From the NCBI GenBank assembly GCA_001643675.2, contig LSRY02000007.1:682001-746000 (forward strand): a DNA stretch of 64,000 nucleotides. Reading direction: 5' to 3'. Within the stretch, counting starts at the first letter, position 1, and each line of letters opens with the position of its first letter. This DNA is from Monocercomonoides exilis PA203 (Eukaryota; Protista; Preaxostyla). A program made the translations under genes and the position numbers. Under the pieces are notes generated by a model. The model worked only from the letters and a program-made list of their open reading frames with translations. It did no database searches and was not told the DNA's origin. Shown here piece by piece: positions 11,884 through 24,900 of the stretch.

Positions 11884-13442
11884 TCAAACATTAACAAAAT
11901 AATCTGAAATATCCGATGATAATGCAAAAAAATATCTAATCTTTTTACTGTTAAGAAAATCAAATATTTCATGAAAGCTTGTGATAGTATCTTCGTATCC
12001 GTCTTCTTCCATTTTAGCAGCAATCTTTCTTTTAGTTTCATTTATTCCCATGAGACAAAATTCCCAAAATGACTTTCTTTCCAATCTTCCTAAAACTCCC
12101 AAAAAGAATCTCAAGCAACTCCATATTATCTTGTCTTCCATTGTTGGCTGCTGAATTTCATCCAAGCACAAATCAAAAACACCACTCTTTGAAAATACTT
12201 CAATGCTGCTATATTCATTGTACGCCGCTGTCTCAAAAAGAGAAATGCAGTCTCTAAATAATTCTCTTTCATTTTCTCTTGCTGCGTTGCATAGCCCAAC
12301 AAGAGAGCAAAACATTCCAACACTTTTTTCATCAAAAAATGGGTAGTCTAGAACAAAATGATTGATAGCATAGATCCAATTTCTAATTATTTGTACTTCT
12401 TTCACTTCTTTTTCTCCTTTATCCTCTTCTTTTCTCTTATTATTCACGCTCTTTGCAAGCTCGTTCAATTCTTTTGTTGCCTCTTTGACAAAGCTCAGCT
12501 CATTTGCAATGGTATCTCTCAAGTTTTTATCGAGGAATAATCTGCCAATCAAAAATTGCCAAGCAGACTGGTACGCCAATTGTGATAGATTGCGATGTTC
12601 CTGATGATATTGGATGATATCTTTGATTTCATTGAGGTAAAGTTCTTGCCCAATTTTCTAATCAAAAACAGAAGTTATTGCCAATAAAAATAAAATTATT
12701 TTTCAAAGGAAATGCAAACATAATATTCATCAATGTGACTCAGTGTCAATAGAGCCGTTTCCACTTTTTTTTTAATCTCTTCGCTTTCGCCTTTATTTGA
12801 TGCAATTTCCAGAAGAAAATGCATACAAATTGTTTGTAATTCAGTTGGAAAACAGTTGTTTAAAGAAATATAACATTCAAAAAGATCAATAAAATGCTTT
12901 TCATTCTTATCTTCATTTTTCTTCTCTTCGTCAACAATCAACTTCTCAAATCTTTTGCACAACGAAGAACAGGCAAAACGTTGACCCCATATGTGTTTCA
13001 GCCCTTTGCAAGACCAAACTCTCTTCAGCAATAAAAGCAAGTTATCCAAAGACAATTTTCTTTTTTCAATCATTTTGTCCATTTGATTAAATAATTCGGT
13101 TGTGAATATGGTTATAATATTTCCTTCTTTCATCTCATTGTTCATTTCTATCATTTTTTCTATTTTATGCGCTTGCTCATCTTCATTGCAATGCTCTAGC
13201 TCAGAAAACAATTCTTCAAAAAAAAAAGAAAGAAAAGAATTGCAACAGTCAAAATACAACATATGAATATCAGCAAGCCAGTGTATTTTTCTACAGTGAT
13301 CGCCGTCTGTATTTTTGCAAAAGTATTGTTGACAGAAAGCTGCCAATTTGACATTCAAACGTAAAACAAGAACAATTAAATTTACAGAAAATCGAAAGAT
13401 AAAGCTCAAAATGATCGTGCAAATATATTTGTTCAAACCATT
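11884..13442 (-). CDS. Member of an expanded Monocercomonoides-type hypothetical protein family; 5' exon uncertain
   Basis: LFSELEHCNEDEQ..KIEKM; KVETALLTLSHI. An intron at ~12719-12658 joins to KIGQELYLNEIKDIIQYHQEHRNLSQLAYQSAWQFLI...KMEEDGYEDTITSFH...ISDYFVNV. Confidence 0.75.
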
Positions 13443-13674
13443 TTATTCACTATTAATTTTTTTGTCGGGGTGTTTCAAAGATAAAAATGACTTTAAATGA
13501 ATCGGATTGTAGTTATGGATTCAATGATCAAAAAATTATTCTGAATGCAGTTACCATCTTCGAAATGAGAAATTGTTTATTGTACATTCTCAAAAGAAAT
13601 TGAAATGCACTATCAAGTGAAAGCACAAGGAAATAAAAATGAGAAGTTAATTTTTATTATTATCTGAACAGTTA

Positions 13675-14332
13675 CACCAAAAATTATTCAACATCGAAAA
13701 AGTTTAAAACAACATCGAAAATATTTAATTCAACATCGAAAATTCTTTATCATCAAAAATTTTATAAAAATTTTCAAAATTCAAAATCATGTCAGTTTCT
13801 TTTCTTTCAGTTATTGATCTGAGAAAATCGTCAATTTCAATTAGAAAAATATTATTTGATGTTTTTTGGTGTTTGTGCAAAACAGTGCAAATAGGTTGAA
13901 ACTGAGTTATAATTAAACTCTTCACATGTGTTCAGGAGATTATTAGGAATTTATGAAAAAAATGAAAGTCATAGGATAATTCATGATCTTGTTTTGTGCA
14001 CAAAAAGACAGAAATTTATTTCATTTATTGAAAACGGAATGTTTTGAGTTTCATTAATTGCATTTGAAACAGATAAAATAAAACATTTTCAATTTTCAAA
14101 ATAAGAAAAGAAATCGATTGATATCAGTCTTTATCAAAGAAAACAGAAGTTAAAAATGACAAAAAAGCATTTCCAATAAATAAGCATTTGTAATTATCAA
14201 CATTTGTGTCAATAAAATTTCCTTGGTTTAAACTTGAATTGAAATTCTAAACCAATTTTCTTCTTTTTCGATGTTGATTTAAACTTTTTCGATGTTGAAC
14301 TAAACTTTTTCGATTTAGAATAATTTTTGGTA
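13675..14332. mobile_element. CAC-terminal MITE, copy 2 (intact, ~658 bp, TA-flanked)
   Basis: TA|caccaaaaattattcaacatcgaaaa ... ttttcgatttagaataatttttggta|TA. Three subterminal (aac)atcgaaaa repeats per end; palindrome ttttgtgcacaaaa near the centre (13992-14005). Confidence 0.88.
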
Positions 14333-14401
14333 TAGTCATTAAATCACAAAAATAATAAAACTTCAGTTTATATTTCGAATACAAAATTTTGAGTTTGTAT
14401 A

Positions 14402-14658
14402 TGGGTGATTATTTTTGAAATCATAGCTTTTTTCGGGGTTTTGAATTTATATTTTTCTTTTGAAAATGGATTGAAAATTTTCATATCCATATTTTTTGAA
14501 TTCCAATTGTGTCAAAATCAAACGTTTTGGATTAAATTAAGACAAAAATATCTTTTGTGTGCCTTTTCCATTTTCCGTATTTTTTTGTTGATATTCAAGG
14601 GAAATATTCGAACCGAAATTTTTGAAGGAAAAAATATGTTTTCAAAAATAATCACCCA
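14402..14658. mobile_element. 257-bp TA-flanked MITE, TIR TGGGTGATTATTTTTGAAA
   Basis: Perfect 19-bp TIR (tgggtgattatttttgaaa / tttcaaaaataatcaccca) with TA on both sides. Confidence 0.88.
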
Positions 14659-14660
14659 TA

Positions 14661-14903
14661 TGTCAATTTTTTTTTGAAAAGTTTTTTTTTGAAAAATTTG
14701 TAAATATTAAAAAATTTTCATATATTTATCAATATTCTGTTCACACGTTCGAAACTTTTCTGTAATGTCATTAAAAACATTATTTGTGTTCTATTTCCAT
14801 TTCAGTGAAATTTGGTGAGTGGGAACAGAAAATTGATGTATTTATGAAATTTTAATTTTTATTGAAAATTTAACTAAATGAACTTTTCAAAAAAATTTTG
14901 ACA
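14661..14903. mobile_element. 243-bp TA-flanked palindromic MITE, TIR TGTCAA..TTTTTGAAAAGTT
   Basis: TIRs tgtcaatttttttttgaaaagtt / aacttttcaaaaaaattttgaca; homologous to 63452-63692 (shared tatttccatttcagtgaa..gtgagtgggaacagaaa). Confidence 0.88.
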
Positions 14904-15338
14904 TATATATTTCAGATATGTGATTATTTCCTTTTATCAATCAATGAAAAAAGCAAAAAGGTTTTTTCACAAAATAATAACTCTATAACATATTTTGATA
15001 CTAATAGATCAAACTGTTAAAATACTGTGCACCAATTAAAATATGTACCCGCTGTTGATGAAAACAAAGAACGATAGTGATATTTGAAAAAAAAAAGTTG
15101 ATTTCTCTTTTTGGTGGAACACTTTTAAAGTTTTCACATATTTCCAAAAGCGAAGTTAATTAAATGACAAAAAATTTAATTTCAAAAAAAGAAAAAGAAA
15201 TATTACAAAGATTCTTGAAAAAATATTAAAACTTATAATCAACAAAACAACTGAAACAAAACAAATAAATAAAAAAGAAGTATAATTGAAATGATAATTA
15301 TAAAGCAAAGTTTTAAATAAAAGAAAGCAAAAAACAAT

Positions 15339-17527
15339 CTATTTTACATCGAAAATTGACAGAGCAATACAAAATGCTTGAAATGGAGAAAATGGAAATG
15401 CAAAATCAACGCAGAATTTATTAACATCAATTTTTCCAAATTGAAAGAATGTGGGCAGTTCTTCTGTTTAACCAATATTTAAATAAAAAATATTTTTTTT
15501 AATAAAATGAAATAATAAAAATAAATAAATAAAAAATAACAACAAAGCAATTTTACAAATAAAAATAAGTGTTTTACAAACCTTCAGTTTTTTCTTTATA
15601 AAAAAATGATATTTGACAAAAGTGGTTGCAGAATATTTGTAATGATCAAAATAATAGTTTCAATAATTAGATAACAAACCAGAGTCCGTTCCAGGAATTA
15701 GCTGATGATTCTTGATTGATGCGACTTTTGCTCTTCCATGAAAGTCCATCTGAAACTTCTTTGTCACTAATAATCACATCACAATTAAAAATATGAGTTC
15801 ACATATTTTTCAAATTTCAAAAATAAAAAAAAAAATCACAATAATTTCACCTAAAAATGATAAAAATCCTAATTTTTCCTTTTCTCTTCTTCCCATCTTC
15901 TCATTACACAAACTTGGATCTTTTTGCGGCTTTCTGCTAATGAATGGGATCAACGAGCCTGGTTTTTGCTTAAGCGCCAATATTCCGTCTGCTGGATTAT
16001 GAGGGCGAATGCAAATGCGTGTGCCATCTTCAGTCACTCTCGGTATATACAACTTCAGCTGCTTCAGCGCTGTTCCATCGCTTTCCTTTAACAACAAACA
16101 TATCGTAGTGAAAATGTCACAAAATATTAATGGGAAATTGAATGAGTAACATGGTGCAAATTATAAATTCAAATGGAATATCCCCACTTCACTTCCAATT
16201 ATTGTTTAAAAAAAAAACAACTCTCTTCAAAAAATGATTCAAACATATGAAATGCAGCCCATCTCTTCTCTTAAAAGCGATGAAGACAGAATATCACCTT
16301 GATTCTGTCCGCTTTTTCCTCCAGCCATTGAAGGAACAGAAGAAGATGAAGACACAATCGAACCTGGAATGTGCGTTTTTGGGTTTCTTCCTTTTCCATA
16401 CATCACATAAGTATCACTCATCATCAGCACTTTCATCTTCCCTAGATAATGAGAGCTTGTTTTGGAGATGTCAGAAGACACAGAGCTGATTAAATAATTG
16501 TTGGATTCCTTTTTCGAAGCCATCAAAAATAGATTTTCCTAATAAAAAATGTTAAATAGAAGAAAAATACAAAAAAGTTCAGTACAATGAAATCGTGTGA
16601 AATAAAAACGAGTTATAGAAAATAAAGTTATTGATCATTTAAAGTTAAAATCGTTGAACAGTTCTTAGAAATATCAAACTGACCCAAAAAAACTAAAATG
16701 TTCAAAAATGCAACAACATACTTTTTCCAGAAGCATTTCATATTTTGGAAACAATCCCTTTTTCCTTATCAAAACACATTCTGCCATTACTCCACGCGGA
16801 AGGGGACTGAATATTTTTTTAGGAAATGAATTTTTTGGAAATACAAATAACCCCAACATAATTTCAACAACAAAATAAAAGCAAACCATATCAAAAATCT
16901 GGTCATATCGCTGAAGTCAAGAAATGGTACACCAGAAATTTGCCCTATTCCTCCGATAACATTCATATCGCCTGCCTTACTATCTCCTCCTTTTTCAACA
17001 AGCCTTGTTCTTTCAACGGATAAACCAGGCAAATCTCCACCAAGTACAAGCTTGTCATCACTCTTTCCGCTGTCAGCTCTAAAACAAATATATGCTGTTT
17101 TAAAAAGAATAAAGCATCAAAAATTCAAACATTTCCAATTTTACAGATTTTTTCTTAAATAAAATAAAATTAAGTTACCCATGTCAATTATTAAAGCATT
17201 AACATACGTCTTTCCCATGTCGTTTAATGCTTGTAATTTGTAACGTTCCAACTCCTTGAGGAAGTGTTAGAGAAGTAAAAGGGCTATCCTCAGAAGATAT
17301 GACAGAAACCCCTTCAAAAAGAGGATTCATCTTTATTTTTTGATTTTCTACGGTTGCTTCCGAATATGGTGATGTAAAATTTGTAGTATTATATGAAAAT
17401 CCTTTTTTATAAAAATAATTAAAATTCATGAAAGACAAACAAAATTTCAACCTTCTAATTCTAAAATTGAACTCTTTCTATTCAAGAGACGCTGAAGAGC
17501 GACCGAAGATGGGTCTGTTCCCTCCAT
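15339..17527 (-). CDS. Tubby-like protein (C-terminal Tub domain), multi-exon
   Basis: Starts MEGTDPSSVALQ. Motifs FSPLPRGVMAECVLIR, SNNYLISS...YLGKMK, REEMGCISY, RKPQKDPMTKKFQMDFHGRAKVASIKNHQL and terminal FQFGKIDVNKFCVDFAFPFSPFQAFCIALSIFDVK* match the Tub domain. The last exons are absent from the ORF track. Confidence 0.92.
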
Positions 17528-17619
17528 TTTTGTAACAAAAAGAAATAAAAAACTTTGATCTCTCAGAAATATAAGTTAAGGTACATATTGGTGCTTATTT
17601 GTTTTCGGGCGTTTTATCG

Positions 17620-18956
17620 ATGCAGAGGCCCAAAAGCAGGCTGTTATTTAAGCTTGCGGCCCAATTAATTTTTGTATACATGTTTTTGTTCATTGCTATA
17701 TCAACCTGGGTGCACGAACTTCGATTACCTTCATTTATTCCGATTGTTATTGTTTTTTTTATTTTCGACTACATATTTAATTTGGGGGTATTAACCAATA
17801 TATTTCATAAATCTTGGATATCGCTGAAAGAAGTTTGCAAAAAATTTCTTTTTATTAATTGCTTTTCACAAAAACAAAAATAATCAATATTACTTATTTC
17901 TAGTACATTAACTACACAAAATTTATCGACAGAACAAAAAACAAAACAAGCAATTTTCAATCGTTTAGGTCTCTTTTACATATCTTAATGCCTATTACTT
18001 TTTTCAACTCGGAATCGAGAAAATCTTTAATGAATGACAATTTGAAACAAAAAATCAAATATCGTTCATCTTCAAAGTTAAAACACATGCACGGAAATAA
18101 AAAAGATCTAACACCATCTACAATTATGATTCATACATTTTATCTCATTCGTTCAGCACCAATTTTGACAATAATTTTTTTCATTTTTTGTTTCATTTTC
18201 TGGAAAGCAATGACTTGGATCCCAACTCCTCTTACAAAACCACAGAAATTTGTTGTTTTCGATCATTCAATGCAAAAAACATTGTTAGCTGAACATGTTT
18301 CAGAGAGCTCGAGAGCTTTTCCGTTGAAGAACTTGAATTCACAGTTCATTTTATCATTATCACTTCAAAATCAGGATTACTATTCATCAAAAGCAATCTC
18401 TTTCACAAATGCAAACATGAAATCTCTTCAAAATCTTCCTCAGTCGACTGCATTCACTCCAAAAGTTTGTCCGTTGTCGACATCGGCTCTTCTTCCATTT
18501 TATTCGTTGATGCTGCCAAGTCCTTCAACTTCATTCACAGAGACGCTGCTGTTTCCTCTTTTAGCTTCGTCAGCTGCCAGAAACATCGCCTCGACAACTG
18601 AGGAGTTTCTGCCATCTGGAAGCAGCCTGCTGAATCGATATGCAAATTCTTTTCAATCACCTTTTTCATCGATTCAGCAAGAAAAAACAAATCAAATGCT
18701 CAATTCTTTCCCTTCTCTACAACAACAGCGTCAGCTTTATTCCGAATCTTCACCATCTCAAAACAAGAATTTTATCAATCCAACAATAAATTCGCAAAAC
18801 ACATTCAATTTTTCGAAGACACCACCAATTTTGCTGTCTTTGCAGACTATTTCATCTGAAAGCAATCAATTCATCACTCGCTCTTCTGCCTCAACATCAT
18901 CACCAACTTCGTCATTTTCTGCATCATCTCGTTCCGTTTCCTCTTCATCCTTCTCC

Positions 18957-18987
<31 letters not shown>

Positions 18988-21900
18988 CTTCTTCTTTATT
19001 TTCACCTTCTCCTTCGCATCTCCAATCGTTGTTCCCTCTCTTTGTCCATCCGCTAATGGAGATGTGCGAGAGAATCCCTTCTTCACTGTACATCAACAAA
19101 TATCCCACTTCGCAAGCACTTCAGCCAGCCAACTCTTCCAATTCATCGTCTCCTTCATTCACAACAACAGCACAAGCATCAGTCTCACCATCATTTACTG
19201 ACCCCGATTATGTGAGTGATGAAGACGACCCTTGCTTCATTCCTTCATTTCGCTTCCCTCCGTCGGCATTCAACACCTCATCCTCTGTGTCATTTCGCTC
19301 GTCCTATTTCACTCCGCTGCAGCTTGCCTCGCGGCACACCGCATCGTCTTTGCAGATGATGGCAGATTTTGTGGCTGCCCGGTTTCTCGAAGACTGCACA
19401 TCGGTGGAGATCACAGCAGTGAGCGAAGAGGATAATGAACAGGGAAAGGGAGGAAATGGCGATGGAGGAGGAGGAGGAGGAGGAGGAGGAGGAATTGGAG
19501 AAGGCTTGAAGGCTCATGGCTGGAAAGGGATGAATAGTTTCAATTCGAAAAAGGAGAAGACGAGGCGAAAGAACGAGGCAAAAGCGGGTGGGAGAGCAAA
19601 AGAAACGGAGTTGGATCCGATCAGCAAAGCGATGCGGAGCAACGGAGGGCGCGTGTTCAAAGTGAAGTCGAGAATTTTGGACGCCAACGAAGACGACGAA
19701 AAGAACATCAAAAACGAGGTGATTGTGCCGATTTCTTTGCATGCCCAGCAATTCTCACCAAATGAAATCGAAGGACTGAACCAAGATGCAGACAAAGAGA
19801 AGAACAAGAATGGAAGAACCGCCAATGAAGCTGAAAATGACAAATCATCTTCATCTTTTTCTTTTCCGACTTCTTCTCCTTCAACAGAATCCCCTTCAAG
19901 TCATTTTGACCCACTTTTGCCTTTGTCTACATTCAATTCGCTTCCTCGACGGTTTCGCTCGGAAGCTGAGCGGCTTCGAAGCCTTCGTTCAGTCCTGCCG
20001 TCGATTCCACCACCTTTTATTCATCTTTTCTTGCCGCCTCTTTCTGAATGGGATGAGGAAAACAAACAGAAAGAGAATAAAAACAGAGAAAGAATGGGAA
20101 ACGATGATGATGATGACGCAAAAGAGAAAAACACAAAACTTGATGCTGATTTTGAAAAAGTTGTTGGAAAAAGCGAAGCAGATGAAGGAAATGAAGACAA
20201 AGAAGAAGAAGAAATTGAAGTAATGGAAGAAGAAGAAGAGGATGATGAAGATGATGAAGCAAGCCATTTTAAAAGCATTGAATATTTTCCTTTTGACACG
20301 AAAAAAGAGAAACAAATCAAAAAAGAAGTTTTCAAATCTGTTGACAGCAAGCTGCTGATAGCATCGTTGTTCAGAGAAAAGCTGAAGAAAGATTTGGCAG
20401 ACGACGAAAGAAGAGAAAAAGAGATGGCGCTGGAAAGCGAAATGCCACTTTTGGAAGGGTTTGCATCGCCTTCGCTTCAGCGGCGGTTCATTCGGATGAA
20501 AGAGCAAAAGAGTGGGAACGGGAATGTGAATGGAATGGCAACTGATGACGAGGGAGAAAAAGAAGGGGTCAAAACAGAAAATGGAGGAAAAGAAGGAAGA
20601 AGTGAGGAAGAAGAGGAAGAGGAAGAAGACTATTTGAACGAGCTGGAGCAAATCGAAGAAGAAGAAAGAGAGATTTGGAATGCTGAGTCAAGTCAAGTGA
20701 AGCGTCATGCCATTCGCATTGCCAAAAGAATAGAGAGAAACAGAAGAAGAGCCGAAAAGGAGAAGGAGAAGGAGAAGAAAAGAATGGAAGAAGAACAAGA
20801 AATGGAAGCAAAAGAGAATGCCCGGATTCTCCGCATTTCTTCGAACAAAATCAAAATGCACGCAGAAAAAGTGATTTTGAGAGGGAAACAGGAAGAGAAA
20901 AAAAGAGAAATTGAGAAGAAGAAGAGGAGAAAAGAAGCAAAAATTGCATATTATCTGAAGACATATGAAAAGGGAAGGAAGAAATACGAGAAATTTGCAC
21001 TTGTTCCTTTGAATGAGGAGTATGGAATTGTCACGCAGATCGGCAGAGATGAAGATGCGATTGACAACAGAAATGACAACAACAAACATTCGACTCATTT
21101 TCCTTCTTCATCTTCATCTTCTTCGTCTGCTTTTGCTTTGCATCATCAGTCAACTCATTTCCCAGAAAAGGAAAAACATAAAAAGCAGTCTTCAAAAAAG
21201 AGTGCTTCAACAAGTGACAGTCAAATTGACTCTTCATCATCTTCATCAGCATCATCATCCTCTTCCTTTTCCGATCCCTTGTCTCAACATGTGCAGACGA
21301 TGATTGTGTGGCTTCCACTGCTCAGCAGCGAGGCCTTTGACTCGATGCTCTATCCAGTGTCTCTTGCTTCCCACCCTTCTTTCAGAAGATATTTGCCTCA
21401 AGTCAATGCAATGCACAATATGCCCCATGGAAAGACTGCAAATGCCTTTTCACTGAGCAGTCTGTCTTCTCATTTGTTCTCAAGAAGCAGAGATTCAACA
21501 AAAAACAGTAGGAAAAACGATGATGATGCAAACGCAGAAGTCCATTCTAAACAGGAGCAAACGCAGGTGAACACGAAACATTCATCTCCAGATGTTGAAT
21601 CATCAACTGAAAACGATGTAATTTCAGATATTTTCAATGACAACACGAATTTGGCATTTGTGAACAAAAACGGAGATTTCAGTGCTCCATCAGCTGTTTT
21701 GGCAAATTGGGAAAAAGTGAAAGATTTGTTTTGTTTTGAAGGAGAAAGCAATGGAGTATCTATTTCATCATCTAACTATAATACAATGTCTTTGCTAAAA
21801 TCGTCTTTAATAAATGCAAATTCTCAATCTCCTGCATTATCTCAAGATTCTGGTTCTGATTCATCATCTTTTTCCTCTTCCTCTTCACAACCATCGCCCT

Positions 21901-24900
21901 TCCAAGACAATTCTCTTCCACTCCAATTCGCATCCTCTTCAGTGCGCAATCTATGGCTTTCTTTTGCTCTGTTGAATGCTTCCATCACATTTCTCTTTGC
22001 TCCTTCTGCCACTTTGAATGAACAGTCACTCATTTTACTTCGTTCACAGCGTTTGTGCTCGCTTTCTCTGCGGACTCTGAAAAGGAAAGAGGAAGAAAAG
22101 AAGAATGAAGAAGAAAGGCAGAAAGAAAGATTTGAGCAGGTGAGGAAGAAAGTTGCATCACAAATTTCAAGCGGGAAAAAGAAAGACAAAGAAAAGGAGA
22201 AAGCAAACTGGAGGAAAAAGGAAGATGGAAAGGAAAGTAACAACAACAATGTTGGATTGAACTTTTATGGAGGCTATCATCAGAGAGGTATGCAACAATA
22301 CATGGGAAGCGAGGCAAGCAAAGCAGTTAAGGGGAAAATTATGATGAAGATCCGCTTTTACAAGCGAGCGATGAATGAAGAGGAGAAAGAAAGGGCAAGA
22401 TGGGCACGGATGAAGGAAAAAAGGATGGAGAAAATCATGTTGGAGCAGTTGGAGGAGTTAAGAGAAGGAATTAGAAGAAGAAATGAGGAACTGGAAAAAG
22501 CAAAGAATGTTGAAGAAGAGAAGGTTGGAGAAGAAAATGCAACAATAGAAGAAAAAGGAAGGGAAGGAGAAAGCAAAGTGGAAAATAAAAATAATAACAG
22601 TGCGAATTCTGATGGAAATGTTGTAAGTTCTGATGTAGTTGAAAACGAAATGAACAAAAAACAAATTGAAGACAACCAATCGACAGTAACTTCTACCACG
22701 TTGATACGCTCTTTCAACAAGCGCACAATTTACAATTGTTTCTCTTCTCTTGAGTCAACTTTATTGTGCTTTTATAGAAATTATGTGAAAGTATTTATTG
22801 ACCACATCCTGATGTTAGCAAGCCATTTAGCAGATAAACTTGCATTTTATTTTTCTTATCCAGCAAATTTCCCATTTTTCAGAAAGAGTACAAAGCAAAA
22901 GCCACAAATTTTAAGAGAACTTTCTGAAATTTCACCAGATTTGCCATTTGATTCGAGTGCCTCTTCATATTTCGATACTATTTCGCAGTCGTCTTCTGTG
23001 CAATCTTCCATATTTTCTCTATCATCGATGGCTTCTCTATTCTCTCCGACTGGACAAGAAATGTTGTATTCCCAGCGCTCTCCACAGAATTACGCAACGC
23101 TCACTGACTGGATCAACGAGAAGGAGCAGAAAGTGGCTGAGAAGAAGAAGAAAACAGAGCAAAAAAGTTCAGCAAAAAATAAAAACGGTGCAGAAGCAAC
23201 TTCAACTGATACCCCCTTTTCTCCAACTTATGATGCTTCAATGGCAACATCTTCATCACTTTCTTTTTCTCAATCTCCAAATTCACTTTCAAAGCATCCT
23301 TTACTTTCGCTTCTTTCATCCCATCTTGCCTTTTTCTCTGCTCTCCGTTCAGCTTTCCATTCAGATTCATTCTATTCTTCTTTTATGTACTCGTTTTTTG
23401 TTCTTCTCTATCGTCTTTTCTGGATTGCAGCATCTGTTTTTGTGAAGTTGGCTGCGCTGTCTACAATGCTGCATGTTGTGTATATTTCTGTTCGTATTCT
23501 CGTCTTCTTATCATCCACTGCTTTAAGACCAACATCCGACAATTATTTAAACAGACAAAGCGATTCATTTGACGATGATTTGTTAGACGAGGAAGATTTC
23601 TATCAGATTATGCTATCCACAAAAGCTGGGAGAAGATCAAAGAACAAGAGAAGCGAGCTGTTTGAGATGCCTTTGAACACAATGAAGAGTTTTCGATCTT
23701 TTGATCCGTCTTCTTCATCATCTGAAGGAAAGACAGGGGTGTTTTCTGGGTTGTTGGATGACTTGTCGTCTGTTAACCTCTCAAGCATTTCTGCAATGAC
23801 TTCTCCCCAAACAGTTTCACAGGGATACAAACAAAATGCTGCTTCTCATTCTCATTTGCATCCATTTCACTCAAACAATGATAATTATGCACACCACCAC
23901 CACAGTCATCACAAACACCATCACAATCGTTATTCCCACAAAAGCAAGCATCATTCATACGAATTGTCTGCAATCGAACTTACACAGATACTTTCATATG
24001 TCACAGTTTCAAGCTCTCACTTTAGCTTTGCTCCTCTGCTGTATTTTGTCATTGTGGACATCTCCTTCTCCATTGTCATTGGGATTGTCATTAGAGAAGC
24101 CATTCTTCCACTCATTCGCAGCGTTCTTCTGCTCTCTCCTTTCGCGGCAAAGGTTTTTGCAGCTGCTGCTGTGATTCTGAGATCTCAGGAAGAAGAAAAT
24201 AGCAAGCCACACTTGTTTCAACAGTTCTGTATTGTAGATGGTCTTGAAAGTTATGGAAGAGATAACCTTGGCGGAGCAACAAATGATACACTTATTTCTG
24301 ACTCATCCTCCGTTTATTTGCAACAGTCACACTCGTTGCTTTATGCGCCGTTTGTAACATCTTCTGGCACTGTTGTTTCAAAGCTACGAGAAACGTGGAA
24401 CGGATCTGTTATTCTGCCAGGTATTATATTTAACAGAAGCATTCAATCTTTTGATTCACAAGATAATTATGCCCATTCCGACGACTCTTTCAACAACAAA
24501 GACTATTCTAATTTAGACACAAATTATGCATCAAATGTGAATGGAGCATTGCTTGACTCGATTTCAGATGGCAATTCTCATTCAACAATATCGTCAATGA
24601 ATGTGATTGGAGTGCCAATTGTTCTCGGCAGTTCACTCGTAATGGGGTGTTCGTGCAGAGAGAATGGATGCAACATACCCAACGATGCAAGAAAGTACAT
24701 ATTTACCACACCTGCACTTTTATTTAGCTCTCAAGCAACAAACGCATCAGTGAAAATGCTATCAACTCAACTAAAAAATGATTTATCTTCAAATGAAACG
24801 TCACAAAATCAGCTAGAGTCAACAATTGCATCAAAGAATTCCCCTACAAAGACTGATTCAGCAACACTAACGAAAACCGTACTATCTTCCTCCAAAAAAA

